In this document: positions 8,967 through 18,086 of the stretch, in pieces | Layout of the letters: each line of letters opens with the position of its first letter | Position numbering within the stretch: position 1 is the first letter of the stretch | Source: Ilumatobacteraceae bacterium | Lineage (GTDB): Bacteria; Actinomycetota; Acidimicrobiia; Acidimicrobiales; Ilumatobacteraceae | Length of the DNA stretch: 64,000 nt | Direction of reading: 5' to 3' | NCBI GenBank assembly: GCA_017856375.1 | Contig: JAFMFC010000001.1 | Coordinates: 27,455 to 91,454 of the forward strand | Made by a program: the position numbers and the translations under genes | The notes under the pieces: model-generated | Database searches by the model: none | Told to the model about the DNA's origin: nothing | Seen by the model: only the letters and a program-made list of their open reading frames with translations

Positions 8967-9994
8967 AACTTGACGTCAGCCTGATCGGACATACCTCCAG
9001 GAGAGCTCTCGAAGACGCGCAGCGAGCAGAGATCAATGGTTTCGACGGCGTTTGGGCCACGGAAAGCGTGACCGATGCGTTCCTCCAATCGATGGCAATT
9101 GCCCTCACCACGGAGAGAGTGGACATTGGAACTGCGATCGCGGTTGCCTTCGCGCGCAACCCGATGAGTACCGCCTATTGCGCGTGGGACATCGCAAGCG
9201 CAAGCAACGGGAGATTCACCCTCGGACTTGGATCTCAAATTCAAGCCCACATCACCAAGCGATTCTCCATGCCATGGAGCAGTCCAGGGAATCGAATGGA
9301 GGACTACATCAAGGCGCTCCGAGCGATCTTCCACGCGTGGCGCACGGGTGACCGCCTCAGATACGAGGGCGAGCACTATCGACACACCCTGATGACCCCG
9401 GTATTCACGCCGCCGCACCACAACCACGCAATTCCCATTGCGATCGCAGCAGTCGGGGAAACCATGACGGCTCTCGCTGGACGTCTGTGCGACGGTGTGA
9501 TTCTGCACGGGATGACCAACCCCACTTATCTCGATCAAGTCACCATTCCGGCGCTCGAACGCGGCCTTGCAGAAGCGGGAAAGAAGCGCACCGACTTCGA
9601 AGTCTCGCTCCCCCTCTTCATGGCAATCGGAGACGACGATGAGACAATCGAAAAACAACGTGATGCCTCGCGCAACCAACTTGCGTTCTATGCGTCAACA
9701 CCCGCTTACCGAGGAGTGCTAGAAGCCATCGGCAAGGGGGAGTTACAGGACAAGTTGCACACCATGTCCAAAGAAGGAAAGTGGGACGAGATGGCCACCC
9801 AAATTAGCGATGACATCCTCGATCAACTCGTTGTATCTGGCAAGCCAGAAGAGATGCCCGGGCTTGTCGGCGAGAGATTTGGTACTCGATTCGACCGCGT
9901 GTCGTCCTACTTTGGCTGGCCCATCGATGATCCGGAAAGGATGCGCGGGATCGTCCAGGCTTTTCACGATCTCGACAAGTCGAAAGGAGCATAG
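8963..9994 (+). CDS. LLM-class (probably F420-dependent) oxidoreductase
   Basis: 343 aa with GFDGVWATES, GRFTLGLGSQ and ITKRFSMPW blocks of the luciferase-like family. 4-nt overlap with the MaoC gene. Confidence 0.88.
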   Translation: MKLDVSLIGHTSRRALEDAQRAEINGFDGVWATESVTDAFLQSMAIALTTERVDIGTAIAVAFARNPMSTAYCAWDIASASNGRFTLGLGSQIQAHITKRFSMPWSSPGNRMEDYIKALRAIFHAWRTGDRLRYEGEHYRHTLMTPVFTPPHHNHAIPIAIAAVGETMTALAGRLCDGVILHGMTNPTYLDQVTIPALERGLAEAGKKRTDFEVSLPLFMAIGDDDETIEKQRDASRNQLAFYASTPAYRGVLEAIGKGELQDKLHTMSKEGKWDEMATQISDDILDQLVVSGKPEEMPGLVGERFGTRFDRVSSYFGWPIDDPERMRGIVQAFHDLDKSKGA

Positions 9995-9996
9995 AA

Positions 9997-10437
9997 ATGG
10001 AGCCGTGGGAGCACCTTCTGTATGGGTACTGCGACTGTGTCGATCGGGCCTCCCTCGATGAATTCGGCCAGTTGTTCACTGACGATGCAGTGATGGATTA
10101 TGGATTTGGTCGGGTGTTCTCGGGTCGCGAAAACATCGTTGGACTGCTGAGGGCACGACTCGGAAATTACCGAGCAACCAGCCACCACTTGAGCAACATC
10201 GTTCTCCTTGATTCAACTTCGACAACAATTCGGACTCGCTCCACCATCTATGCATGGCACGAATTGATGGATGGAACCCAAGCAGAGGTATGGGGCCGCT
10301 ACTCAAACGTCTTAAGCCACACCAAAAAGGGTTGGAAAATTGCCGAACACGTTGTTCGGGCTGCCGGCTCGAAAGGATTTGCCATTCCCGAAGGACTTCC
10401 CAGCCCGTTCCAACCATTCGAAAGGACTTTCTTGTGA
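9997..10437 (+). CDS. SnoaL-like / NTF2-fold protein (SnoaL_4-type)
   Basis: 146 aa with LLYGYCDCVDRASLDEFGQLFTDDAV...ATSHHLSN, the pattern of nuclear-transport-factor-2 family proteins. Confidence 0.8.
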   Translation: MEPWEHLLYGYCDCVDRASLDEFGQLFTDDAVMDYGFGRVFSGRENIVGLLRARLGNYRATSHHLSNIVLLDSTSTTIRTRSTIYAWHELMDGTQAEVWGRYSNVLSHTKKGWKIAEHVVRAAGSKGFAIPEGLPSPFQPFERTFL

Positions 10438-11048
10438 ACCAATTCGAGTCGACCATGGAAATTCTCTCGTCAACCCGGTCAATCCGACACTACGAATCGC
10501 GACCAGTGGAACGAGATCTACTTGAGTCACTGGTGCGCGCCGGCACATACGCATCAAACCCCAGAAATACTCAGCCCTGGCGATTCATCGTGGTGGACGA
10601 GCCGACAATCATCGCTGAGCTTGGCGAGTATCTCGTCCCTCGAGTCGCCGAATTGGACAAGATTATTTCTCGCATCGAAGACCCCGTGCGGGCGAAGGTC
10701 TACAAATCCGGGGCTCATCTGCTGCGAAACTTCGGCGCCTCGCCCGCGCTCATCTTTGTCTGCAGTGAGGAACGTGATTTCGGGCCCGGATTCGATTCTC
10801 GCGAAGCCGTGTTGAGCGCCGTACATGCTGCGGCGCAAAACATCTTGATTGCCGCGCGGGCGGCAAACCTCGGAGCGGCCTACACCACGTTTCATATCCA
10901 CGCCGAAGAGCACTTCAATACCTTGCTGAACATCCCCCAGGGAGTGAAGATCGACATCACGATCCCCGTAGGACATCCGAGCGTCAAGTTCGGACCCGTG
11001 AACCGTAAGGCCACGAGCGAGGTGATGCACTGGAACCGTCACCCCTAA
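10434..11048 (+). CDS. nitroreductase family protein
   Basis: ORF 10254..11048. The likely GTG start at 10434 (GTGA overlap with the NTF2 stop) gives VNQFESTMEILSSTRSIRHYESRPV and NTQPWRF, hallmarks of nitroreductases. Confidence 0.85.
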   Translation: MNQFESTMEILSSTRSIRHYESRPVERDLLESLVRAGTYASNPRNTQPWRFIVVDEPTIIAELGEYLVPRVAELDKIISRIEDPVRAKVYKSGAHLLRNFGASPALIFVCSEERDFGPGFDSREAVLSAVHAAAQNILIAARAANLGAAYTTFHIHAEEHFNTLLNIPQGVKIDITIPVGHPSVKFGPVNRKATSEVMHWNRHP

Positions 11049-11989
11049 GGGGCGATTCCAAAAACATCGAATGCGTGCAAGGTGTCACAGTACTCACGCA
11101 CTCTTGCGACCTTGTCTCCGCTGAGTTCAAGCACGAAGCAATAACGGTTTTGGTACGACTTGGTCGTTCCGTCCTTACGCACCCTGATCCCATGACTTTC
11201 GGCTTCGAGCGCAACGGATGAACCGTCACCGAAAACTCTCCATGGTCTGAGCGACCAACCGTCCGAAAATGAACTGCGCAACTGTGGAAGAACGGCAGCA
11301 CGGTCATGCACATGCGCATTACCGACGAGGAACTTCCGCGGATCACTCTCGATAGGCGCTGAGCGGTCCCCGCGCGCACGATCATGTCCAGCATCGCCCC
11401 ACCACACTGAGTCAGGCGTAGAAATTGCCCTCATCGCTTCGGTGTCGGCACGATCGATTGCCGCAGCGAAGGCCAAGGCAACGTCAGTTCCCTGCCCAAT
11501 TTGCTCGATGACATCGTTCTCGAGATCTGGGGCAACTCCACGGCGATCCACGTTTCGCCCCTCGAAAGTGTTCACCGCATGGTGCGTATCGAGGTACTCA
11601 CGAACATGGAGAACCTTTCCTCCAGAAATCTCGATCACAAATGCGTAGCGATTCCGGTAGTGGCGACCACCTGAAGTTACGCCATCTCCATCAACTTCGA
11701 TCAAGGTGTATTGCCCTATCCCGAAGGAGTTCCATTCGATTTGTCGGACCCCCGCGGGAAAGCGAGTTCGAATTCCGCGCAACAACTCGACCTTCTCACC
11801 AAGGTTCATCGTCCCGTGCACTGGCCACGCACGATTCGTTCCCGGGTCATATCCGCGCACGCCGCACGACCGGTCGAGACCCGAGTCGACCCACCACGAG
11901 CCCCGTGGATCGATCAACTTGGCCATCCAGTCGGCGTCGTTTGCGTCGAGCGCCGCGATGAACTCAGTTGCTAGAGGATCAGCCGCCAT
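11045..11989 (-). CDS. tandem double SnoaL/NTF2-like domain protein
   Basis: 314 aa with internal duplication: ...GRHYRNRYAFVIEISGGKVLHVREYLDTHHAVNTFEG versus ...TKSYQNRYCFVLELSGDKVARVREYCDTLHAFDVFG. The start overlaps the ACS stop (TAATG). Confidence 0.8.
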   Translation of the reverse strand: MAADPLATEFIAALDANDADWMAKLIDPRGSWWVDSGLDRSCGVRGYDPGTNRAWPVHGTMNLGEKVELLRGIRTRFPAGVRQIEWNSFGIGQYTLIEVDGDGVTSGGRHYRNRYAFVIEISGGKVLHVREYLDTHHAVNTFEGRNVDRRGVAPDLENDVIEQIGQGTDVALAFAAAIDRADTEAMRAISTPDSVWWGDAGHDRARGDRSAPIESDPRKFLVGNAHVHDRAAVLPQLRSSFSDGWSLRPWRVFGDGSSVALEAESHGIRVRKDGTTKSYQNRYCFVLELSGDKVARVREYCDTLHAFDVFGIAP

Positions 11990-13524
11990 TACAGACCCAA
12001 CTGTTCTCGAAGGATGTGTTTTTGAACTTTCATACCTGCGTTTCGCGGCAATGCTTCGACGAACATCACACGTGTCGGCTTCTTGTATGACGCCAACAGA
12101 CTCTTGGCGCCATCGATCACCGCTGCTTCGGTGAGCGTCTCATCCTTCCGCACGACGACGGCAACGACCGTTTCCCCCCATCTTTCGTCAGCCGTTCCCA
12201 CCACGGCAACTTCAGAGACGCCGTCCACCTGAAGCAGTGCATTTTCGACTTCGGCGGGATAGATGTTCATTCCGCCCGAAATGATCATGTCCTTTGCCCT
12301 GTCAGTGACGTAGACATATCCGCCGGTATCCAACCGACCAAGGTCTCCCGTGAAGTACTCACCATCCCGGAGAACCTCGGCAGTCTTCTCCGGGTTCTTG
12401 TAGTAGCCAGAAAACATGGTGTCGCAGCGAGTCACGAGCTCGCCCGTCTCGCCCGTGGGCAGATCATTGCCGTTGCGATCGACCACCCTGACACTCGCAG
12501 TAGCCAACGGCCGACCAACCGTTGCATAGATGTCGTCTGCGAGGTGCCCGCCTCGCCAATCTGCGCGCGTCGTACCAGTGAGCGGGCCGACGGTTTCGGT
12601 CATTCCCCACACTTCTACGTACCGGTCTCCAATCAGGTCAGTCAGCGCCTTCGACTGTGCCGGTGAGATTGCCGAAGCAGAGTGCAAGACCGTCTGCAAA
12701 TGATCGAGCACCTCGGGCCTCTTGGTTGCCTCCTGGACAAAACCCATCACGAGCGGCGTCGGCGCGTAGGTGAACGTCGAGCGATTTTCGATCATGTGGT
12801 TTACCCACGATTCGATCGTGTAGGGAAACAAGAAATTGACCGTGCCACCAAGATAGAGGTGCGGCAGAATCACTCCCCAAATGCCACTCACGAACGAGAG
12901 CGTTCCAGTGAAGGCACAGCGCCCGTACATCGGAAGCCGGTATGCAAAAGGGATCAGCTTGATGCACCCGACTACGGCGCGATTGCTGACCATCGCGCCT
13001 TTGGGAAAGCCTGTCGTGCCCGACGTATAACCAAGAATTGCCAAATCCTCTGGCCTTCGCTCGACGATCGGCACATGTCCCGACGCCTTCGCGAGAAGAT
13101 CTTCGTAGGCGTGAGCACCCTGAGCGCAATTCGTTCCAATCGTGACGACGTGCGCCAAGGAATCCTTCGTTTCGAGTCCATCCACGATCGGCGTTCGGCC
13201 GTCTGTATGCACAAGAGCTCGAGCGTCAGAGTTGTCGAGGATGTAGTCGACTTCACGGGAAACCAGGCGATCGTTCACATGAACGATCGGAAATCCGCCG
13301 AGAGCGCACCCGATGTAGGTTTCGAAGGCGGTCACGGTGTCCTCAAGCAGTGCGGCGACATGGTCACCTGGTTTGAGACCCAGACCAGCAAGCGCGTTCG
13401 CCAATCGAGAGCCCCGCTCAAGAAGTTCGCGGTATGTGCGCGAGCCGTCTCGACCTACCAGTGCAGTGCGATCACCATATCGCTCACACGCATTTCGCAG
13501 AATCGAACCAAGCGTCTCAGTCAC
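11989..13524 (-). CDS. AMP-forming acyl-CoA synthetase (ANL family)
   Basis: 511 aa with YTSGTTGFPKGAM, GETGEL, YFTGDLGRLD and GMKVQKHILR. Confidence 0.92.
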   Translation of the reverse strand: MTETLGSILRNACERYGDRTALVGRDGSRTYRELLERGSRLANALAGLGLKPGDHVAALLEDTVTAFETYIGCALGGFPIVHVNDRLVSREVDYILDNSDARALVHTDGRTPIVDGLETKDSLAHVVTIGTNCAQGAHAYEDLLAKASGHVPIVERRPEDLAILGYTSGTTGFPKGAMVSNRAVVGCIKLIPFAYRLPMYGRCAFTGTLSFVSGIWGVILPHLYLGGTVNFLFPYTIESWVNHMIENRSTFTYAPTPLVMGFVQEATKRPEVLDHLQTVLHSASAISPAQSKALTDLIGDRYVEVWGMTETVGPLTGTTRADWRGGHLADDIYATVGRPLATASVRVVDRNGNDLPTGETGELVTRCDTMFSGYYKNPEKTAEVLRDGEYFTGDLGRLDTGGYVYVTDRAKDMIISGGMNIYPAEVENALLQVDGVSEVAVVGTADERWGETVVAVVVRKDETLTEAAVIDGAKSLLASYKKPTRVMFVEALPRNAGMKVQKHILREQLGL

Positions 13525-13536
13525 AGTGGTCCCCTC

Positions 13537-14412
13537 TCAGCCGATCAAGACTCTCGCGTACTTTTCAATCTGCTCACGCCATGAGCGTCGTGAGAGCGCG
13601 AGACCAAAGTTGAATTCCGTGATCCCTCGTGCTTCGATTCCGCGGAGGTATTCCACCAGCTCGACGGGATCACCATGATGAGGAATCCCATTGACGAGTC
13701 GGAACCCGTCGTCCAAACTCCGGCCTGCTTGATCCAGTTCCTGACGCAACAACGCGAGCGCATCGTCGATTTCTTCCAAGGTCATCTTCCAGCCATACCA
13801 GCCATCGCCATGGCGCGCGGCGCGACGTATTGCAGCAGGCGTTACTCCGCCAACGAGGATCGGCGGATGAGGCTTCTGCACGGGTTTTGGAAAAGCCACG
13901 ACGTCATCGAAGTTGAAAAAATCTCCATGAAAAGAAGCCCGATCCTGGGTCCACAGAGCCTTCATCACCTTGATGTACTCGTCGCCGCGATCACCACGAC
14001 GCTCCCACGGCACACCGCAAGCGTCGTACTCCTCTTTCATCCAACCGATTCCCACGCCGTAGTCGAATCTTCCTCCACTGAAATGGTCGACGGTGGCCAC
14101 ATGCTTGGAACGGACGACGGGATTACGCAACGTGATTACCTCGACCGAGGTGCCCACCCGAATCTCTTTGGTCGCAGCTGCCGCCAGTTGACACACCATG
14201 ATCGGCTCCATCAAACCTTGGTCCTCGAGCCAACCAAATTTGCCGTCTTCACTGTGTGGATAGCGAGAATCGATGCGATCGAAGAACATGGCGTGGTCGG
14301 GAGCCCAGAAACTGGCGAAGCCGAGCTCTTCCATGTAGCGAGCAGATTCGGCGATGAATTCATCGGCTCGACCGGGCACGCCGTCCACGGTCAAAACAAT
14401 TCCCCACTTCAT
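13537..14412 (-). CDS. LLM-class F420-type oxidoreductase (Rv2161c-like subfamily), paralogue 1
   Basis: ORF 13537..14433; the likely start is MKWGIVL. Shared blocks WAPDHAMFF...YP, GGRFDYGVGIGWMKEEYDACG and FPKPVQKPHPPILVGG. Confidence 0.88.
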   Translation of the reverse strand: MKWGIVLTVDGVPGRADEFIAESARYMEELGFASFWAPDHAMFFDRIDSRYPHSEDGKFGWLEDQGLMEPIMVCQLAAAATKEIRVGTSVEVITLRNPVVRSKHVATVDHFSGGRFDYGVGIGWMKEEYDACGVPWERRGDRGDEYIKVMKALWTQDRASFHGDFFNFDDVVAFPKPVQKPHPPILVGGVTPAAIRRAARHGDGWYGWKMTLEEIDDALALLRQELDQAGRSLDDGFRLVNGIPHHGDPVELVEYLRGIEARGITEFNFGLALSRRSWREQIEKYARVLIG

Positions 14413-14447
14413 CGCTCTTACCCCCTCTGACAAAACGACTGTACCCC

Positions 14448-14463
14448 TAGCAAGCGATTGCTA
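14448..14463. promoter_or_regulatory. candidate operator, copy 3 (TAGCAAGCGATTGCTA; near-perfect palindrome)
   Basis: Lies 35 nt upstream of the LLM start at 14412, in the 94-nt gap after the ACS at 14528. Its reverse complement TAGCAATCGCTTGCTA matches the 7186 copy at 14/16. Confidence 0.55.
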
Positions 14464-14527
14464 CAAAAGAAGTAATCCCCGTACGGATCCGACTCAGCTC
14501 TTCTCCCCCACCTGATTTCGACTTCCG

Positions 14528-16078
14528 TCAGATCTTGAAAATGGAGTCTTTCCAGTACGGCTCACGAAGCACCCGCCGAAGAATCTTTCCCGTGGGGTTG
14601 AGCGGCAAGGGTTCTTCGCGAACGACTACTTCTCGCGGACACTTGTAATGAGCCAATCGATCACGCGTGTAAGTGATGACTTCAGCGGGTTCGATGGCGA
14701 CGCCCGAATGCGGCACGACGAACGCCAAGACGCGTTCTCCCCATTTTTCATCGGGAACCCCGACGACCGCGGCTTCGCGCACCCCCGGCATCGAACAAAT
14801 CACATTCTCCACTTCGGCCGGGTAAATGTTTTCACCGCCAGAGATGATCATGTCCTTGATGCGATCGGTCAGATACAAGAAGCCGTCTTCATCAACGAAG
14901 CCCGCATCTCCCGTGTACAACCAACCTTCACGATCGACGACGCGCGCCGTCTCTTGAGGATTGTTGAAATAGCCCTTCATCACAATTGACCCGCGAACTG
15001 CCACTTCACCTACCTCTCGCAAACCAAGCGAGATTCGGGATTCAGGATCGACGATCCTCATCTCCACCCAGGGAAACGGTCTTCCGACCGAGCGCATTCG
15101 CTCTGTTCCTGGGCGGTGCTCGTCCCACTGCATGGTCGTTATCGTTCCCGTGGACTCCGTGCTTCCATAAGCGTGATGAAATGCGCATTGCGGCATCCGC
15201 TCGATTGCTCGATTCAACAACGCCTGAGTGATCGGCGCCACTCCATAAACGACGTTACGCAGGCTCGACAAATCGGCGGACGATGCACGCTCATGATTGA
15301 GCACCATTCCCAGAACTGCAGGAACCATGAGCGTGAGATTGACCCGATGCTTTTCGATTGAAGTCAGGACATCCAGCACGTCGAACTCTCTCCGGAATAT
15401 GACCATGCCATCACGCAGCATGGGTAAGAGGACCCACAAGATCCCTGCTCCATGAAATACGGGATATGGGTTATAGACCACACAGCCGACTTCGAAGTGC
15501 CAGGAGTCGGCAAGCGCCTCAGCGATACCGAACATGTTTCCGTTCGTCAGCATTACACCTTTGGGTTTTCCAGTGGTGCCCGAGGTATACAGCTGATACA
15601 TCACGTCATCGGGCGCCAACTCGATCTCGGGATCCTCATCGGAATAATCGCCGATCAGCGAAAGCCACTCTTCGCTCGTTGGCGGCAACTCGATGATGTT
15701 GATTCCCATCCCCTCGAGAACCTCGCGGTTGAAGAGTCTGTCGAGGTCCGGATCGACGAAGAGGAACCGAGGTTTGGCATCTGCAAGGACTCCTGCAACT
15801 TCGTTCTCCGCGAGTCGCCAATTCACGGGAGTGGTTGCCGCACCAGCCTTCGCCACACCAAAGAGAATGTCAAAGAACTCGGGCCTGTTCTTGGAGAGAT
15901 AGCCCACCAGGTCTCCGCGCTGGAGCCCGCGATCCAACAACATGTTCGCCACCCTGCTGGAACGTTCTTGAAGTTGCTCATAGGTAACTGACGATTCTTC
16001 AGCGATGATCGCCGTCTTGACCCCATTGTTCGCCGCGCTGCGGCGAACAAGGTCAGCAAGATTTCGAACGTCGTTCAT
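14528..16078 (-). CDS. AMP-forming acyl-CoA synthetase
   Basis: ORF 14528..16111. The likely start MNDVRNLADL (ATG 16078) forms an ATGA overlap with the NTF2 stop. YTSGTTGKPKGVM, YTGDAGFVDEDG and GKILRRVLR are present. Confidence 0.92.
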   Translation of the reverse strand: MNDVRNLADLVRRSAANNGVKTAIIAEESSVTYEQLQERSSRVANMLLDRGLQRGDLVGYLSKNRPEFFDILFGVAKAGAATTPVNWRLAENEVAGVLADAKPRFLFVDPDLDRLFNREVLEGMGINIIELPPTSEEWLSLIGDYSDEDPEIELAPDDVMYQLYTSGTTGKPKGVMLTNGNMFGIAEALADSWHFEVGCVVYNPYPVFHGAGILWVLLPMLRDGMVIFRREFDVLDVLTSIEKHRVNLTLMVPAVLGMVLNHERASSADLSSLRNVVYGVAPITQALLNRAIERMPQCAFHHAYGSTESTGTITTMQWDEHRPGTERMRSVGRPFPWVEMRIVDPESRISLGLREVGEVAVRGSIVMKGYFNNPQETARVVDREGWLYTGDAGFVDEDGFLYLTDRIKDMIISGGENIYPAEVENVICSMPGVREAAVVGVPDEKWGERVLAFVVPHSGVAIEPAEVITYTRDRLAHYKCPREVVVREEPLPLNPTGKILRRVLREPYWKDSIFKI

Positions 16079-16539
16079 TCCGGTCTGACGAAGAACTTCG
16101 CCAGAGGCCACTCCCGGTCCTCGCCGTGGTATTCAATCGCATCCTTCACGATCACCGTTCGTCGAGCCACCGCGCACTCCTCTCCGCGGATCTCGACGAT
16201 GTCGTCGTAGAGCGCACCCATCAGCAAACTTTTGTCGCCAGTTCCCCGTTCTGCCCAATGAAAGGCAAGACTTGGCGTGCGCACCAGGAAACGATTGGGT
16301 GTTTCCTGCTCAATCTCAGGCTCGCCCACGAGGTGCAAAGTGGCGGAGAAGGTTTTCAGGGCGCGCTCAAAGTGGGCGATCAGTGCGTCACGGTCTCCCT
16401 TGACCACACCGTGATCGTCGTACGCATCTGCGAAGTAACACGACTTGACGGTTTCCCAATCACCCCGATCGACTGCCGCGGCGTATCGACGCATCAGATC
16501 AACGATCCTCGATCGAGTTTCGAAAGAAACAGAGTTCAC
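16075..16539 (-). CDS. SnoaL/NTF2-like protein
   Basis: 154 aa with IVDLMRRYAAAVDRGDWETVKSCYFADA, typical of SnoaL_4 or ring-hydroxylating-dioxygenase-beta-like folds. Overlaps both flanking ACS genes by 4 nt. Confidence 0.8.
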   Translation of the reverse strand: MNSVSFETRSRIVDLMRRYAAAVDRGDWETVKSCYFADAYDDHGVVKGDRDALIAHFERALKTFSATLHLVGEPEIEQETPNRFLVRTPSLAFHWAERGTGDKSLLMGALYDDIVEIRGEECAVARRTVIVKDAIEYHGEDREWPLAKFFVRPE

Positions 16540-18074
16540 GATCGGCCGATGAACGAGTCCCGGATCAGCCGCTTGTAGAGCTTGCCGTTGGGATCACGCG
16601 GGAGCTGATCCACAAAGTCGATCTTGCGAGGCAACTTGTAGCGAGCCAAATGATGCGAGCAAAAGTCGACCAATTCGTCAGCCAATTCGGGGGATCCCAC
16701 CACTCCAGCTATCGGCTGCACGACACACTGGATGTACTCGCCCCACTCTGGATCCGGCAGACCAAAGACTGCGACATCCGCCACCTTGGGATGTTGCTGC
16801 ATCACCGCCTCAACTTCCGATGGGTGCACATTCACTCCACCCGTGATGATGATGTCACTCGCACGACCATGGAGAAACAAGTAGCCCTCTTCGTTCAAGT
16901 GACCGAGGTCACCTACCGTGAAGAAACCATCGCGCGTCGATGATGCTGTCTTTTCTGGCGCATTGTGGTACTTGAATTCGAAAGCACCTGAAAGCATCCA
17001 CACCAGTCCTTCGGTGCCTGCAGGAACATGATTCCCCTCTTCATCAAGAATTCTGATTTCCGCACCGTGATAGGGACGTCCGACCGTGCCGGGGTACTTG
17101 AGCCATTCAGTCGAGTTCACCGTTGTGCCGCCACCTTCGGAGGCTCCGTAGTACTCGTACAACACCGGTCCGAGCCACTCGATCATTGCTTGTTTCGTCT
17201 CCACCGGACAGGGTGCGGCACCGTGCATGACGTACTTCATCGTCGACAGGTCGTACTTGGCGCGAACTGTGGGGTCGAGTTTGAGGAGTCGGTGAAAATG
17301 GGTGGGGACCATGTGCGAGGTGGTGATGCCGTACTTCTGGATGTTCTGCAGCACCACTTCGGCGTCCCACTGGTTCATCAAAACAAGAGTGTGACCATAT
17401 TGCGCGGATGCGTTGGCAAAGTTGAGGACGGCAGTGTGGTAATAGGGCGACTGGATTAACTGGACCTGATACTCCTCGCCGATCCCGAAGATCTTGAAGG
17501 GATGACTCCACAGCATTCCCACCTCATCGGGGTTTGCGCCCGACGCTGGACGCTTGATGCCCTTCGGTTTGCCCGTGGTGCCCGATGTATAAGTCATCAT
17601 CAAACCCATCGCGCGACCTTCAGGCTCATGGTCCGGCTGTCCAGCGAGGGCACCTGCAAGATGAACGAATCCAGTGACGGGTTCGGTGCAGAACAGCGAT
17701 TCGTTGGCGAGCCCAACACTCCGTGCGGCCGTCATGGTCTTGTCAGCAAACTCTGGAGTCGTGAAGATGGCTTTCGTTTCGCTGTCTTCGATGATGTACG
17801 CAATCTCCGCGTCAGTCAGATGGTAATTGATCGGGACGAAATACAGACCTGCCTGCATCGCCGCAAGAAAAACCGTCACTGATTCGATGCGATTGTCCAT
17901 CACCGCCGCAATCACGTCGTTCGCCTTGACGCCCTGATTTCTCAGCAGGTGAACGAGCTGGTGGGTCATCGCCGCCAGCTCTCCACGGGAAACGCTTCGA
18001 CCGGTTTCGGCTTCGATGATCGCCACGACATCCGGTTCCCGTCTTGCCACGTTCCAGAAACCGATCATCGTCAA
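16536..18074 (-). CDS. AMP-forming acyl-CoA synthetase
   Basis: 512 aa with YTSGTTGKPKGIK, FTVGDLGHLNEEG and GKLYKRLIRD. Confidence 0.92.
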   Translation of the reverse strand: MTMIGFWNVARREPDVVAIIEAETGRSVSRGELAAMTHQLVHLLRNQGVKANDVIAAVMDNRIESVTVFLAAMQAGLYFVPINYHLTDAEIAYIIEDSETKAIFTTPEFADKTMTAARSVGLANESLFCTEPVTGFVHLAGALAGQPDHEPEGRAMGLMMTYTSGTTGKPKGIKRPASGANPDEVGMLWSHPFKIFGIGEEYQVQLIQSPYYHTAVLNFANASAQYGHTLVLMNQWDAEVVLQNIQKYGITTSHMVPTHFHRLLKLDPTVRAKYDLSTMKYVMHGAAPCPVETKQAMIEWLGPVLYEYYGASEGGGTTVNSTEWLKYPGTVGRPYHGAEIRILDEEGNHVPAGTEGLVWMLSGAFEFKYHNAPEKTASSTRDGFFTVGDLGHLNEEGYLFLHGRASDIIITGGVNVHPSEVEAVMQQHPKVADVAVFGLPDPEWGEYIQCVVQPIAGVVGSPELADELVDFCSHHLARYKLPRKIDFVDQLPRDPNGKLYKRLIRDSFIGRS

Positions 18075-18086
18075 TTCACCCCCTGC

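Noticed and set aside
8765-9679. A 304-aa minus-strand ORF opposite the MaoC and LLM genes. Similar long shadows occur at 2582-3472, 12682-13584, 23821-24690, 34558-35418 and 54583-55335.
   Set aside because: All lie antisense to genes with strong family motifs, lack motifs themselves and lack plausible RBS or start context. They are expected at about 60% GC.
11041-11051. The palindrome CCCCTAAGGGG, where the convergent nitroreductase (TAA) and tandem-NTF2 (TAG) stop codons overlap. I considered it as a bidirectional terminator.
   Set aside because: A 4-bp stem with a 3-nt loop and no U-tract is too weak to call a terminator. It is probably coincidental stop-codon packing.
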